A DNA stretch of 63,868 nucleotides, filler included, from Welwitschia mirabilis (Eukaryota): assembly GCA_051453625.1 (NCBI GenBank). It is 6 parts of one record of this genome, joined end to end, with 100 filler letters (N's around TTAATTAATTAA, not from the genome) between each part and the next. Parts side by side here need not be neighbours in the genome. Positions count along the whole stretch, not along the records: positions 1 to 14,603 come from JBOZIK010000001.1; positions 14,704 to 29,807 come from JBOZIK010000001.1; 4 more parts are not named here. One strand, given 5' to 3'. The notes under the pieces are model-generated. The model had not been told where the DNA came from and did not search any database. It worked only from the letters and a program-made list of their open reading frames with translations. Positions 11,901 through 24,508 of the stretch are shown in pieces (the stretch's first letter is position 1; each line of letters begins with the position of its first letter). Position numbers and translations under genes: made by a program.

Positions 11901-14110
11901 TCTCAATATTTGGTGAAACATTTAAATAAGTCATTGAAAGATTAGAGAAAATCATAGGCCATGCATACAAGATGGCCTACAATTGAGTTGGAAAAAGAAT
12001 TTCTTTCAATAATGGCATTATCTTATGTTACCACATTTCTAGTGAGGGAATTAGGATGGATCCTATAAAAGTTAGAATAATTAAAACCTTATCCTTTTAA
12101 CCAATGTTAAACAATTTAGATCTTTCCTTGATCATACTAATTTCTATCAACGTTTTATTCATCATTATGCCAAGGTTTGCAAATACCTTTACTTATTACT
12201 TGAAAAAAAGGATAAATTCAATTATAGTAACTCATGTTAACTGATTTTAAAATTCTTACAAATAAAATTTCCTCTGAATTTATTGTAATAGGCCCTGATT
12301 CAACTAAATATTTTAAACATATGTGTGATGCTACCAAGATTACCATGGATGGGGTTCTTAATCAAAAATGTAAAATTAGTCTTAAAGTTATATCTTACCT
12401 TAGTAAAACCATATCTAAGGCTCAAACCAACTATATTACCTCTAATAAAGAGATGATTATCATCATCTTTTTTCTTGATTATCTTAGATATTATCTTCTT
12501 AGCTCTCATACTAATGTTTATATAGATCACAAAGTCATACATTACCTTATGATTAAGAAATATTCTAGTGTCAGACTTATTTCATGGATCCTTCTCATGT
12601 AATAATTTAATCTTACCATTATTGATAAGACAAAAAAACATAATAGTATTATAGACCACTTGTTTTGACTTTCTTATTCTCTTGATGAAGTTCCAATTAA
12701 TGATTCTTTCTAAATGAATAACTATTTTCTATTAAACAACTTTATGTCATCTCCTCTAACCGTCCTACTCCTTGTTATGATGGCATTATAAATTATCTTT
12801 TTACCATGAAAAACATCAGCATCAAAACAATAACCAATGAAAATATTTTCTCCATAGGATTGGTAATTATGAGTGGAATAAACCCCATATTTACCATTAA
12901 TGCAAAGATCAATTTATGCATAAATGTATGTCTAAATGGGAAAATCTAGATATCTTTAACCTCTACCATGATGGAGTATGTGAGGGATACATTAGTGGCT
13001 AAAATACTACAATGAAAATTCTTCCTCTAGTTTCTATTGGCCTTTTCTTTTCAAGGATTCTTTTTAATTTTCTAGAATATGTGATGCTTGTCAATGATAT
13101 GGGAGCCTAACTTGATCTCAAGACATGTCCCTTAAACCTTTGCTTGAATGTGAATCTTTTAATTTTATACTATTGACTTTATACACCCTATCAATCCACC
13201 TTTTCATGATAAAAAATNNNNNNNNNNAAAAAATACATCTTAGTGGATATTGATTGTATTATTAAGTGTGTTAAAGCTATTTTTAATACTAATAATAATG
13301 CCTAAAATATTTGCAATTTTATCTAAACTCATATTTTTCAAAGGTTTTATTTTCCTAGAGTCATCATAGATAATCAAGAAACTCATTTTATTAATTACTT
13401 GTTTTGGAAACATATTTTATCCATTAGAATCAAACATAGAATTAAATGTGCCTACCATCTATAAGCTAATGGCTAAACTAAAAAAGCTAATAGGAAAATT
13501 AAAAAGATGCTTTAAAAACTAGTTTTATTAATTAAAAAACTTGGACTTATAAACTTAATTATGTTCTTTAAGTTTATCATGCTACTTAGCAAAACTCTCT
13601 AGGTTTTTCACCTTATAAACTTGTGTATGAAAAGGTTTTGTCTTGCTAGCCAATATATGCTATAACTCTTATTGATTCATCCATCAACTTGACCTTTTAA
13701 ACTTAAATGAAAATCTTAAGATTTAATTAGCTCAACTTGACTATTTATATGAAAAGTATACTCATCATGTATATCATCAACTCATTCATAAAGCCTAAGC
13801 TAAGTTCAAACATGATAAAAAGATTTTTCATAAGTAGTTTAAACCTAGTCAAGCAGTTATTTTATATAATACTTGATCACACCTTTTACAAAAGAAGTTA
13901 ACTTCTAAATGGTTATATCCTTATCTTATATAAAAAGTACATTTTAATAACTTAGTTAAAATCTTTGATATAAATACTAGAAGAATTTAGAAAGTCAATG
14001 GACAAAGGTTAGAAATTTATGAATCATCTATCAAAACTGTTAACATGATATAAGCTCTTACTTTGAAAACTCCTCTCCATAAGGAGGACTTTTCTCCTTC
14101 CATTATCTAA
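8930..14110 (+). pseudogene. Athila-like gag-pol pseudogene (gag, aspartic protease, RT, RNase H, integrase)
   Basis: Protease ALSDIGANTNIIP (~10580-10620), RT RRMPFG and FMDEFSIFG (~11795, ~11890), RNase H MCDAT..NYITSNKEM..VYIDHKVIHYL, integrase HLINYLF / AYHL*ANG*TKKANRKIK. Many stops. Confidence 0.9.
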
Positions 14111-14647
14111 TTCTTTTTTAGCTGATTTCTTGGGTAGACATCATGCTATTACTTAATGATTTTTAAATTGAATTATAAATTACATTATGAAGTTACCATG
14201 ATTAGTAATCTATTACTTTGATATTCTAAGTAATAAAATTAGATTCACCTAATCTTAATACATTTATATGTTTATGAACTTTATTTTAAAGTAAGATGCC
14301 TTAGTTTCCTTATTTTATCTTAATGGTATAAGTATTTAGTCATTTCAACATGTTCTTTCCTATTTTTCATTTAATTAATTCACCTCTATACTTATGAGTA
14401 TTTGTTTATGTAAGCTCTTATCTTTTCACTTTAAACCAAAAAAATATACATACATAGAAAGGGAGTTCCTCTGTTTAAATAAACCATGATGTCCAACTGT
14501 AAGTATTTTGGGGTAATTTTCCCAAGATGGATCTTTGGCAGTGTGATATAATAGTTGTGGGAACTCCACTATGAATTTGTTAGTCATTCATTGCAAGTTC
14601 TCANNNNNNNNNNNNNNNNNNNNNNNNNNNNNNNNNNNNNNNNNNNN

Positions 14648-14659
14648 TTAATTAATTAA
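14648..14659. other. Assembly linker TTAATTAATTAA embedded in N-gaps (also 29852, 52498, 60215, 62040)
   Basis: The same 12-mer sits centred in five ~100-bp N runs and has stops in all six frames. Artificial. Confidence 0.95.
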
Positions 14660-16272
14660 NNNNNNNNNNNNNNNNNNNNNNNNNNNNNNNNNNNNNNNNN
14701 NNNCATGTTTTAATCACTTTTAATGTTATCATTTATTGACTGACAACCTTAGATACACTTGGAATCATCATAATCATTGCCTATTTAAGTGGTTTTTTAT
14801 GTGTTTTTACATAATGTTATGCATCATTAATCAAGTGATTTTATGATTTTTATCTAGGGAGTTTGTTAAGTTAAAATTAAGGGTAGGTAAAAAATATCTT
14901 TTATGTTCCTATTTGTCCATTTTTACTTTGTTTTTCTTAGTTATGTTTTTCGATATTTCAAAGTTATTTCCATACTTTTTTAACATAATATTTTGAATTT
15001 GATCATTCAGTAGTTTCTTATTATCTTATTTCTTTTACTTAAGCTTTCATTCATAAGGGTTGTCATTCTTTTAGCACTTTTTTATAGACGATGCCACTAT
15101 TTTCTCTTCTAGTTTTTACTCATTCATTTTTATATGCTTATTATGTTTAATACATGTTTAATGTTTTTTTTCTTTCCTCTTTTTTTTAAGATCATTTCTT
15201 TTTTGTACTTGATGCATCATCATGGTTCTATCTTCTTTTTTTTCTGAATCCCTTCAACTCCTTTCCCATGATAATTTTTGAGATGATTCTTCACTTTTCC
15301 TCATCTTTCTAACTTTTCACTAATTTTTCACCACTGTATTGTTGTGATCCTTATCTATCTAATCTTTCCTAGCCTTTTTTGTTTTTTCCTAACTTCCGTT
15401 TTTAAGTGTGTTCTTATGTTTGTCATTTCCATGACATGGAGGACGACAATCTCTTTCTTGTACTATTTTAATATGGAATGTATTAGTTCACTTGTGGTTT
15501 TTTTTTTTTGGGTGGAGGAGTGGAGAGGATAAGACACATTTTTTGAGTTACTTCTAAGATATTAAGTAAAATTTTTCATCTTTAAAGATCACTTTTAATC
15601 TTTCATGACACATATATGTGATGCACTGATTTAATATTAATGGGATTATGGACAATATTTAGTAGGATAACACAATTACAAAACTTTCCTATATGTTTGA
15701 TTCAGGATACTTAAGTAATCATGGATAAAGAAATCCATATTATGCTTATTTTTGCATTTTTTACTCTTATGGATTTTATTTATAATTTACTAATTAATTT
15801 ATATACATCATTTTGAGTTATCACTTCTTAATTTATACATACCACTTTGAGTTTTCACTATTATGCACATACATCATCATTTTTTGATTTATCATGGTTA
15901 TACCTTATGATGATTTTTATGCATGACATTCAATCATTATCTTGTGATGTGTTAAAATCTTAAGTGAAGGGCTAACAAACATTTCAGCACTTAGATTTTT
16001 TTTCTAATCATCATGTTCATAGGCACTTAATTTTGGTTTTGATTTTAAAATTCGATTGTCCCCATTGTTGTCCCCATAACAGAGTGGACGATGAATCTAT
16101 TATGCATTCTATAGAGGTATTATGTCAATTTTTTATATTTAATCCTACATGATTTATATTTTTGAACTCAATTTACATTATCCTAGTTATTTTTTATCTT
16201 GATAAAATCGGCTTACAAATTATAGTTAATTACTTACTTTGTCAAAGACTGACAAGGCTAAGTGGGGGGCTA

Positions 16273-17583
16273 TGTTGTGATGCCAATTTGTAGGGTCTTG
16301 ATTGGATATCTACAATACTTCAATAGGACATTTATACAAGTTTAGATATAATTCTGATGATTATGGAAAGTCAATGGGATGATTACTGAAACANNNNNNN
16401 NNNNNNATATTTAAAGGTATTTTAGGCATATTTTGATACTTGGTATTTTAAATGAAAATTAATGATGCATAAGACTGATTTATCTTAAGCTAAACGGATA
16501 AATAAGCCTATCATCCCATCTATTATTCCCATGATAGTTAGGACGATATCCTTGCTAATATGGATTGAAGTAAGAAGCTAATAAGAAGCTAAGGGCCTTG
16601 GCAAGCATATCTAAGATGGTGTCATCCCAGTTGTTATTCCCATGACATGTAAGATAACTGCATTACTAACATGAACTAAAATTATAAAGTTAACTATGAG
16701 ACAAAAAGCTAACGACTCACCTTTTACTAGGGAGTATCATACCCATTGTCATCCCCACAATAGTTAGGATGATAACTATTTTATATAAATTAAAAAAAAT
16801 TATCTTTATAATGTGATTATACATCCCATGTGGGTTGCTAGAGATTCATCTCTAGAAAACTATAAATATTACTTTCCATTCCCCCATCCCCTTTTGCATT
16901 CACTTTCTTTTCATCTTTTGTACCTGATATTAGTGTGATGAAAGATTAAAGGATAAACAATCCATATTAGATACAGAGAGAAGAGTTTCTAAGTTTTGAA
17001 ATAAGTATCCTCCATTAAGATACTACTACTTTCTTTATAAGTGGATATTAATTGATGATTATCAATTCTATTATGGGAACCTTCCTATGATTTAAGGTTA
17101 TTATGATTTTATAACCACTTCATAGTTTATTTAGTTCATAAGGATAACATTTATTAAGGTTGATAGTATTAGTTTATATTTTCATTCATTTTATATCATT
17201 TTTGTAATTGCATATTCTATTTTATATATATTATATCTTATATTGATTATGAATAAGTATTAGCTTCTTATAATTGATGTAAGTTATGAGAACTAATCTT
17301 GATGACAGGAATATTAGTAGTTAAATAGATTTATCATTCATTACACTTACATTTATTCATTATTCATCTTGCATTACATTTACATTGTTTTTTATTTCAT
17401 TTACTAAAAGGAAAAAGACTAAAAATACATTGCTAAAATCATTTCTCTAACTTCTATCATAGTGCTTTCAATGGATTACGACATTCGAGTTGACTTTGAT
17501 TTATACTAGTGCGTGTTTTTCTATAACTATTATGATTTATAGGTTTTACCTAAAGACTTAAAGATTGTAGAACTATATAATAT

Positions 17584-17590
<7 letters not shown>
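16273..17590 (+). repeat. Athila-like A 3' LTR (PPT at ~16259-16272)
   Basis: Starts TGTTGTGATGCC. Ends ATATTATAATA, a C->T derivative of ACACTATAACA as seen at 60806-60816. Confidence 0.88.

Positions 17591-17623
<33 letters not shown>
17586..17623. repeat. (TAA)12 microsatellite at the right Athila junction
   Basis: Directly visible. Confidence 0.95.
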
Positions 17624-18774
17624 TACAAAATGTATCAAATAACATCTTAATAATGTACTTAAAGAAACAAAAACATACCTAGAGCTATGTTAATTCTAGA
17701 AACATTCTTTTATGCTCATATGATAATCTTCATGGATTGGTGCAAAGAAGGTAAACAAAAGAATGTATGGCTCAAACATAATTATTAAGATATAAATCTT
17801 CATCTTATATTCACTAACTATAGAATAAGTCAAATAAAAAAATTAAAAAAATGGTAAGTGAGAGTCTACTTATGTTACTTGAACTACTAAGACAAAAACT
17901 CTTAGAAGCATGCATATTCCAAGAGAGCTTAAAAAAGGATAAAATAGGTATTTCTATAAATAAATNNNNNNNNNNNNNNNNNNNNNNNNNNNNNNNNNNN
18001 NNNNNNNNNNNNNNNNNNNNNNNNNNNNNNNNNNNNNNNNNNNNNNNNNNNNNNNNNNNNNNNNNTGAGAGTCTACTTATGTTACTTGAACTACTAAGAT
18101 AAAAACTCTTAGAAGCATGCATATTCCAAGAGAGCTTAAAAAAGGATAAAATAGGTATTTCTATAAATAAATACCACTTAAGTTCATTTAACTTAAATTT
18201 ACTGATAAAAAAATATTTCATATACTCAATTTCCCTAAAACAATTTTTGTGATAATTTTTTTATAATTTTAAAAACTGATTATAATATTTTTATGCTNNN
18301 NNNNNNNNNNNNNNNNNNNNNNNNNNNNNNNNNNNNNNNNNNNAAGTAAAAAATTTCAGTAGTTTTTCAAAAACTAGATAATATCTTGGAATTCGAGAAA
18401 TATTATTTCTAAAGTTGTCATTTAAGGTTAAAAACTATCAAATTTCCTAAAATTATAGATCTACTACACTAGATTAAAATGATTATAACTTTTAGAATAC
18501 TTTGAGCATTTAAATGACTCAAGATTTTTTTTAAAGTGTATTCAATTTTGTATAACTTAGAATGCTTAAGTTCATAAATATGTTGATATATAGGCATAGA
18601 AATGTAAATTACTTGTTGACTATTTTATGCATTTAATTATCTAATGTATTTTAACAAATATAATTTTTAAAAAATCACCAATTATAAAAATTATTGTTTT
18701 TACATTTTCACTTTCATAACACAATCCTAGACTTATAGAAAAAATTTCACTAATTTATACCTATTAATTAATAA
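17591..18774 (-). repeat. T1 5' LTR, segment right of the Athila insertion (runs into a gap)
   Basis: Collinear with ~21845-22810. Confidence 0.8.
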
Positions 18775-18989
18775 NNNNNNNNNNNNNNNNNNNNNNNNNN
18801 NNNNNNNNNNNNNNNNNNNNNNNNNNNNNNNNNNNNNNNNNNNNNNNNNNNNNNNNNNNNNNNNNNNNNNNNNNTTGGGTTGATCCCACTATACAAATGT
18901 GTATTGTGTGTAATTAGACATTTAGCTTTTCAAATGTTGCAAGTTAAATTCGATCTTTAGAATATTAGAATTAGAAGCACAAATATGAA

Positions 18990-20813
18990 TTGCAACATTA
19001 TTTAAGTTAAATTTTTAATTTTTTAATTTTTATAGGAGACATTTTATATGGTTCTTTAGAAATTGGTTGGATTCCTTGGATTAATTCAATGAAAAATTCA
19101 ACTTCTTAAAGTGGTGGAATTCTTGACAATTCTATTATAAATACATCATGATAATTTTGGACTATTGGTATATTCTTTACTAAAGTTTCTCCTTCCTCCA
19201 AGCTAATTGATCTTAGATCTATCATATAAATTGGTAAACCACTCTTCTCTTTTTATATGATTTGCATTAATTAAATTCTCCACTATTGATTTGTAATGAC
19301 CTTTAAAGATTACTCTTTGATCATGATTTATCATTTTTACTTGATATTTTTTATAATTGATAACTACTCTATTTTACATTAATTAATTCATAATCAAAAC
19401 AATGTTGTATTTTCCTAAGTTAATAATAATTAGTTATATTTAAAAATCTTCCCCACTTATAGATAAGCATAGTTTTGAACTTATTGATTAACTTTGGACA
19501 TGGATCCATTTACTATCTCTATGCATCCCTCAATTGGAGAGCAATACAATTTTTATCTTATAATAATCCTAAGAGATATGAAGCAATGAGTTTCTCTATA
19601 ATCAAATAAAATAATTACTTCTTTATTATTAGATAAAGTCTTACCTTCTATTATAGAGCTATGAAATTAAACTCTTTGATTATCTTCTACTACTTAAAGT
19701 TATCTTATTCATTGAGAAATGCTTATTCATCTTTGAGGATTTTCTAGTTGCTATCTGGGAGTGTCTCCGTTATGTAATGAACATTCTTTTACTTTATATT
19801 TTTTTCCTTACATTAGAAGCATTCATCTCCATTATACTAGTTTACTACTGATACTAGCTAGGAATTTGTTAGAAGTTGGATCTCTAAGTTTAAGTACTTG
19901 CATAGTTTTAACTAAAAATATTCCAGTTTCTTTTGAATAGAGCCTACTTAGGTTGATTAAAATTTTTATTTCTGTTATAATTGCTACTAACATTATTTTT
20001 ACTAAAGTACCAATTCTTATTTTGATAAGATATTTGTAATTAATTTTCTTTAATGATATTTTTTTTAATGAAGGAGCTTACTTTTTATTTTCTTATTATC
20101 TTTGCTAGTTTTATTTTGTCATCTTTGCCTTTTCTATTGCCTATGCTAGATTTTTAATTTAAAACATGAATACTTTGGTAGCAACAGAAGGAAAAGACTA
20201 TTAATAGAGAGATTTGATTTAGCTTCTTAATCTAGATGTATATGTAATAAATATCTTAATAACTCTACAATTTGATCTCATAAGATGCCATGATCACATT
20301 AAGGGCTTATCTTAAACTGTATAATTTTGTAACCTTTTGGTGAATATAGAACTTGATGATATACCTTTTCTTAAATATGTGCTTAAATTCTCTCAATGAA
20401 AGTCCTAGATATCCTAATTTCTTCATTCCCATTTTCCACCATAGGTTAGCATTTCTTTGCAATATATAAATAGCTAAATAAGCATTTTCATATTCATCAC
20501 ATCCTAAGGGACCTATAACCTTTTCAACATTACTTAGCCATGATTTTACTTTCGAAGAATCTAAACCTCATATAGACTTTAATGGATTTAGCTTAATTAA
20601 TGTTTGAATTAATATTCTCATACACACTTCCTTAGATTGATTAATTCCATTATTATTTATGGGGTTTAACCTTAATTTACTATTTGTAATAGGAACTAAA
20701 TAAATGTATTAATCAATGCTTCTAGATTAAAGTTGAATTGAGGTTACTTTTCATCATTAGGTTGCTAACTCTCTTGTTAATTCTATTGGTATTGATTACT
20801 TAGTATAATTGAC
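18990..20813 (-). pseudogene. Tekay/Del-like gag-protease-RT(N-terminal) remnant (element T2), truncated
   Basis: Minus strand: protease VIILFDYRETHCFIS (~19575-19620; cf. LFDSGATHSFIS) and RT lead-in IPIVQNYHDVF..ELSRIPPL*EVEFFIELIQGIQPISKEPYKMSP (~19030-19180). Confidence 0.85.
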
Positions 20814-23800
20814 TATGACACCCTCTTTGATCTTATCTAAATTAAGCACTATTTTTTTTTTTCCATACTTCTTTTCTTCTTTAATATTTTTACTTGATAG
20901 ATACAACAAAACCTAGGACCAAATTCTACTTACTCTTTTATTAGGTTTTCTATATTATAAGAAAAATAAATCATATTAAATATTATATATTAACATATAC
21001 TTTATTTCTAAGTCATTTTAGTTTACAAATAATAGCAATGTAATAAGTTTGTATTTTCTATCTCTTCTTAGTTTTTTATCACATAAAAGATATCTTATGA
21101 ATAGTTGAGAAGATGTAAACTTTCTACCAACATACATGGTTAAGTTTTAAGAATAATACCTAACCAATATAATAGGAGGTTATAACTCTAGTTAATGGAA
21201 TTCCTACTAGATATTTGACCATATTTGATATGTAAGTTGGCTTTACTTTAAGTTCTAAGCTATACAAACATGGCTAGGATTAATTCAATAGGGTTTTACA
21301 TCACTTTAATATACCTCCACTATACATGATAAGTGGTATGTGAGGTGGATGCATGATTATAAATAACCCTCTCTTCCTTAAAGCATGTTTAGATGATGCA
21401 ACATGATCCATCAATGTTAAAGGCTTGAGATATTAAGTTGGAGTAAGTTCATACATAGGTAGGATAGGAGAGTAGTAATTAAATCCACTTTCAAAAGGGT
21501 ATTATAAGGGGGAAAAAAAGTAATGCAATCCACCTTGATGATGAAATCCAAGTGTGGAGATGAAAATTATTAGAATTATCTTGATTCAGTCATGTTCGAT
21601 GAATACACCATACAAATGCATGTACATAATTTTAACTAATGTGAATATTTAATGAATCATTTAACTAATTATAATAATTATAATCATTAATTAGTTTATT
21701 TTATTGAAACAACCATAAAAAGAAAGTAAACATATAAGAACATTTCTAATTTCAAGGTTATAAGAAAAAAATACTAGATAAAGGAAACATTGTTTTCTTT
21801 TCTATCTAAATAAAGGAAATATTATTATCTTTTTTTGAATAATAATAAAAATGTTTAAAATTTATCAAATAACATATTTATAATATACTTAAAGAAACTA
21901 AAACATACCTAGAGCTATGCTAATTCTATAAACATTCTTTCATGCTCATATGACAATCTCCATGGATTGGTGTAAATAAGGTAAAAAATGAAAATATAGC
22001 TCAATAATAATTCTTAAAGTATAATTATTTATTCAATGTTTCATATGGTTATGTTATAAGTTAATAAAAATAAGAGATACGCTATAAACTATTTATGTTA
22101 CTTAAACTACTAAGGTATAAACTATTACATGCATGTGCATTTAAAGTAAGTTAAAAAAAAGGTGAAAGTAGTATTTATATAAATAAATATCACTTATAGG
22201 AAATTTAACTTAAACTTATCGATAAAAATATATTTTATATATTTAATTTCCCTTACAATTTTATGTAATAATTTTTCTATAATTTTAAACATGAATTACA
22301 ACATTCCTAGTATCTAAGAAAACATCATAGCTAAAAATTAATAATTAAATAATTATGAATAAAAAAATAAATTATAGTCATTATTTATAAAGTAGACATA
22401 TAATAGGTATCTTATAATCTAACTTAAACTTTCTTGAAATTCTAAAAATATTTTTTATAATGTTATCATTTAAGTCTAAGAAATGTTAAATTTTATAAAA
22501 TTATAGTTCTACTATACTATACTAAAATTAATATAAATTTTTAACAGTTTTCAAATGATTCAAGATGTTCTAGAAATCTTATCCAGTTTCTTACAATGTA
22601 GGATGCTCATGTTTGTAGATATTAGATAGGTACAAAAACATAAATTACTTGTTTACTATGTTCTTCATTTATTTTCTGATGTATTTTAATGAATAATTTT
22701 TTAAAAATAATTTCCACAAGAAAAATTACTCTTTTTACATTTTCATGTTCATGACACAGTTATAGATTTATAGAAAAAGTTTCACTAATTTATACCTATT
22801 AATTAATAAGATATAATGTCTTTATCCTATGCCTCTATTCTAGAAATTTAATTTTCACTGTAATAAAAATATGATAAAGTTTTTACAATTAGTTAAATAA
22901 TAACATAAATCATTAAAATTATAGATATACTAATTAATCTCTTATAAAAAGAAAGATCATCTTAGAAAAAAATTAAATCAATTAAAAATAAATCATTTAC
23001 TATAAGCCTTAAGATTTTCATAGAAGAGTACTAGCCTAAAGAGCTTTTTTTGAGGATTAGACTTTGCCCCTAATAAGATGATTCTAATGCATAATATCTT
23101 TAAAAAATATAATATTAAAATAAACATAATGCTTAAATTTTATTTTTTATAATAGTGAATCCCATGGTTACTAAGCCATAATCATTTATTAGTAATCCTC
23201 CATCACCAAGCACAAGAGATTCCTTATATTTCACTATAATGTCTTGGTGAGAGCTAATGCGAGGGAATAATATATTATAAAACAATTGTATAAAATCCAT
23301 AAGTAATTCCCTAATGTAATATCACATCATTCTAATAGAAAAAATAGATCATATGAATAATAAAAGTAAAGAACTTAATTGAGAAGATTAGTAAGACCAT
23401 GATAGTTAAAGATCATTAAAGATCTAAGTTCAATACTCCCTTAGATTTAAGATTTTAAGCTCCAAGGTCCACAAGAAAGAGAACGAAAAAGAAAGAGAGA
23501 GATAAAGAAAGACAGAGAGATAGAGACAAAGAAAAGAAGAAGAAGAAATGCACTTATACCAAACAAAAGAAAAGTATCTTCTTTTTACAAGAGAGAAAAG
23601 GGTATCTACATATAGATAAACAAAGTCACATAGCTCAAGGTTCCAAGATCATATGATTTAAAATTGATAAGTGAGATCAGTAATAAATGATAGTGAAGTA
23701 TAAAAAGATATCATATTTATGACTCATACACCTAACTAGGATGAGTATTATTCATGTTTTAATTAGCAAGGTTAATTACATGTGTCATTTCCTCATGCTA

Positions 23801-24474
23801 GCTCTTTTTAATCCTTCATAGGCTCATAAGTAAGTTTAATTTATCCAATACATGAATTAAAAGAATAATATGCATAAATTTCAAAATTGACATGTGGCAT
23901 AATGAGACAAACATTTTAATTCTAATAAATAAAGCAATGAGCATGCTATGAACTAAGTACGTTTTACACATCTCAAAAACATAAGAGTTATGGTAGAGTA
24001 AATCTACTCATTTATTACTCCTGGTTGTAGGTAAGAATGAATATAATTATTTAAATGCTCATTTATTTCAAAATGAATAAAATCTATCAATCACATAACA
24101 TAAGGAAGAAAATACTTATTCATAATATTGTACATCTATTATATTTATCAAGAATCTAAATGAGTAAATCAGATGTAAATTTTATTATTATGTCCTCTTT
24201 AAATTTTTAATTAATTAGTTTTATCATATGACTTCAATTCCTCACATAATAAGATTATCTAATTTTAAATTTTTAGATAGATTTTCTCATAAAAAAATTT
24301 TAACATAATTTTTATCAATTTCATGATAAATTATAAAAAGTACAAACTAATGTTAATTTAAAATCACATGTTATTTTAATAAATAATTTAAATAAGGATA
24401 GTTAATTATTTAACTAAAAATTTAATATACTTGATATTCAAGTAAATAAGATCTACAAAATATGGGATATGACA
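20814..24474 (-). repeat. Complete ~3.66-kb Tekay/Del-like LTR
   Basis: Termini TATGACACCC ... GGGATATGACA (degenerate inverted ends). Homologous to both T1 LTRs. On the minus strand a TATA-like motif (~23605-23615) is followed by a CT-rich tract (23480-23550). Confidence 0.8.
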
Positions 24475-24508
24475 TAATGCTTAATTCTTACACACTGATC
24501 TTAACCAT

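Larger units (their letters stand above)
6832..17590 (+). mobile_element. Structurally complete but dead Athila-like Ty3/gypsy element A (~10.8 kb)
   Basis: Two homologous LTRs, PBS-Asp remnant, gag-PR-RT-RH-INT order, PPT AAGTGGGGGGCTA, and TSD ATAAT at 6827-6831 and 17591-17595. The flanks rejoin to match the empty site at ~21835-21855. Confidence 0.92.
2957..18774 (-). mobile_element. Tekay/Del-like Ty3/gypsy element T1: internally deleted, 5' LTR interrupted by Athila-like A, 3' LTR interrupted by the Sirevirus
   Basis: Read on the minus strand: LTR (18774-17591 + 6831-5383, ending GGGTCTCACA), degenerate PBS-Met, ~1 kb leader, gag, deleted pol, purine tract at 3432-3445, then an LTR starting TGTCATA at 3431. 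All LTR parts align to 20814-24474. Confidence 0.75.

Noticed and set aside
14604..14703. Palindromic TTAATTAATTAA repeated five times in the window
   Set aside because: Always centred in ~100-bp N gaps and has stops in all six frames. It is a scaffolding linker, not biology.
17859..18172. Near-identical repeats flanking gaps (also ~5480-5549/5911-5977 and ~57607-57797/57898-58090)
   Set aside because: Typical unmerged contig overlaps or haplotype ends, not reliable tandem repeats.
18933..18998. 9-bp inverted repeat ATGTTGCAA...TTGCAACAT
   Set aside because: Single occurrence with no TSD, compatible with chance in AT-rich DNA.
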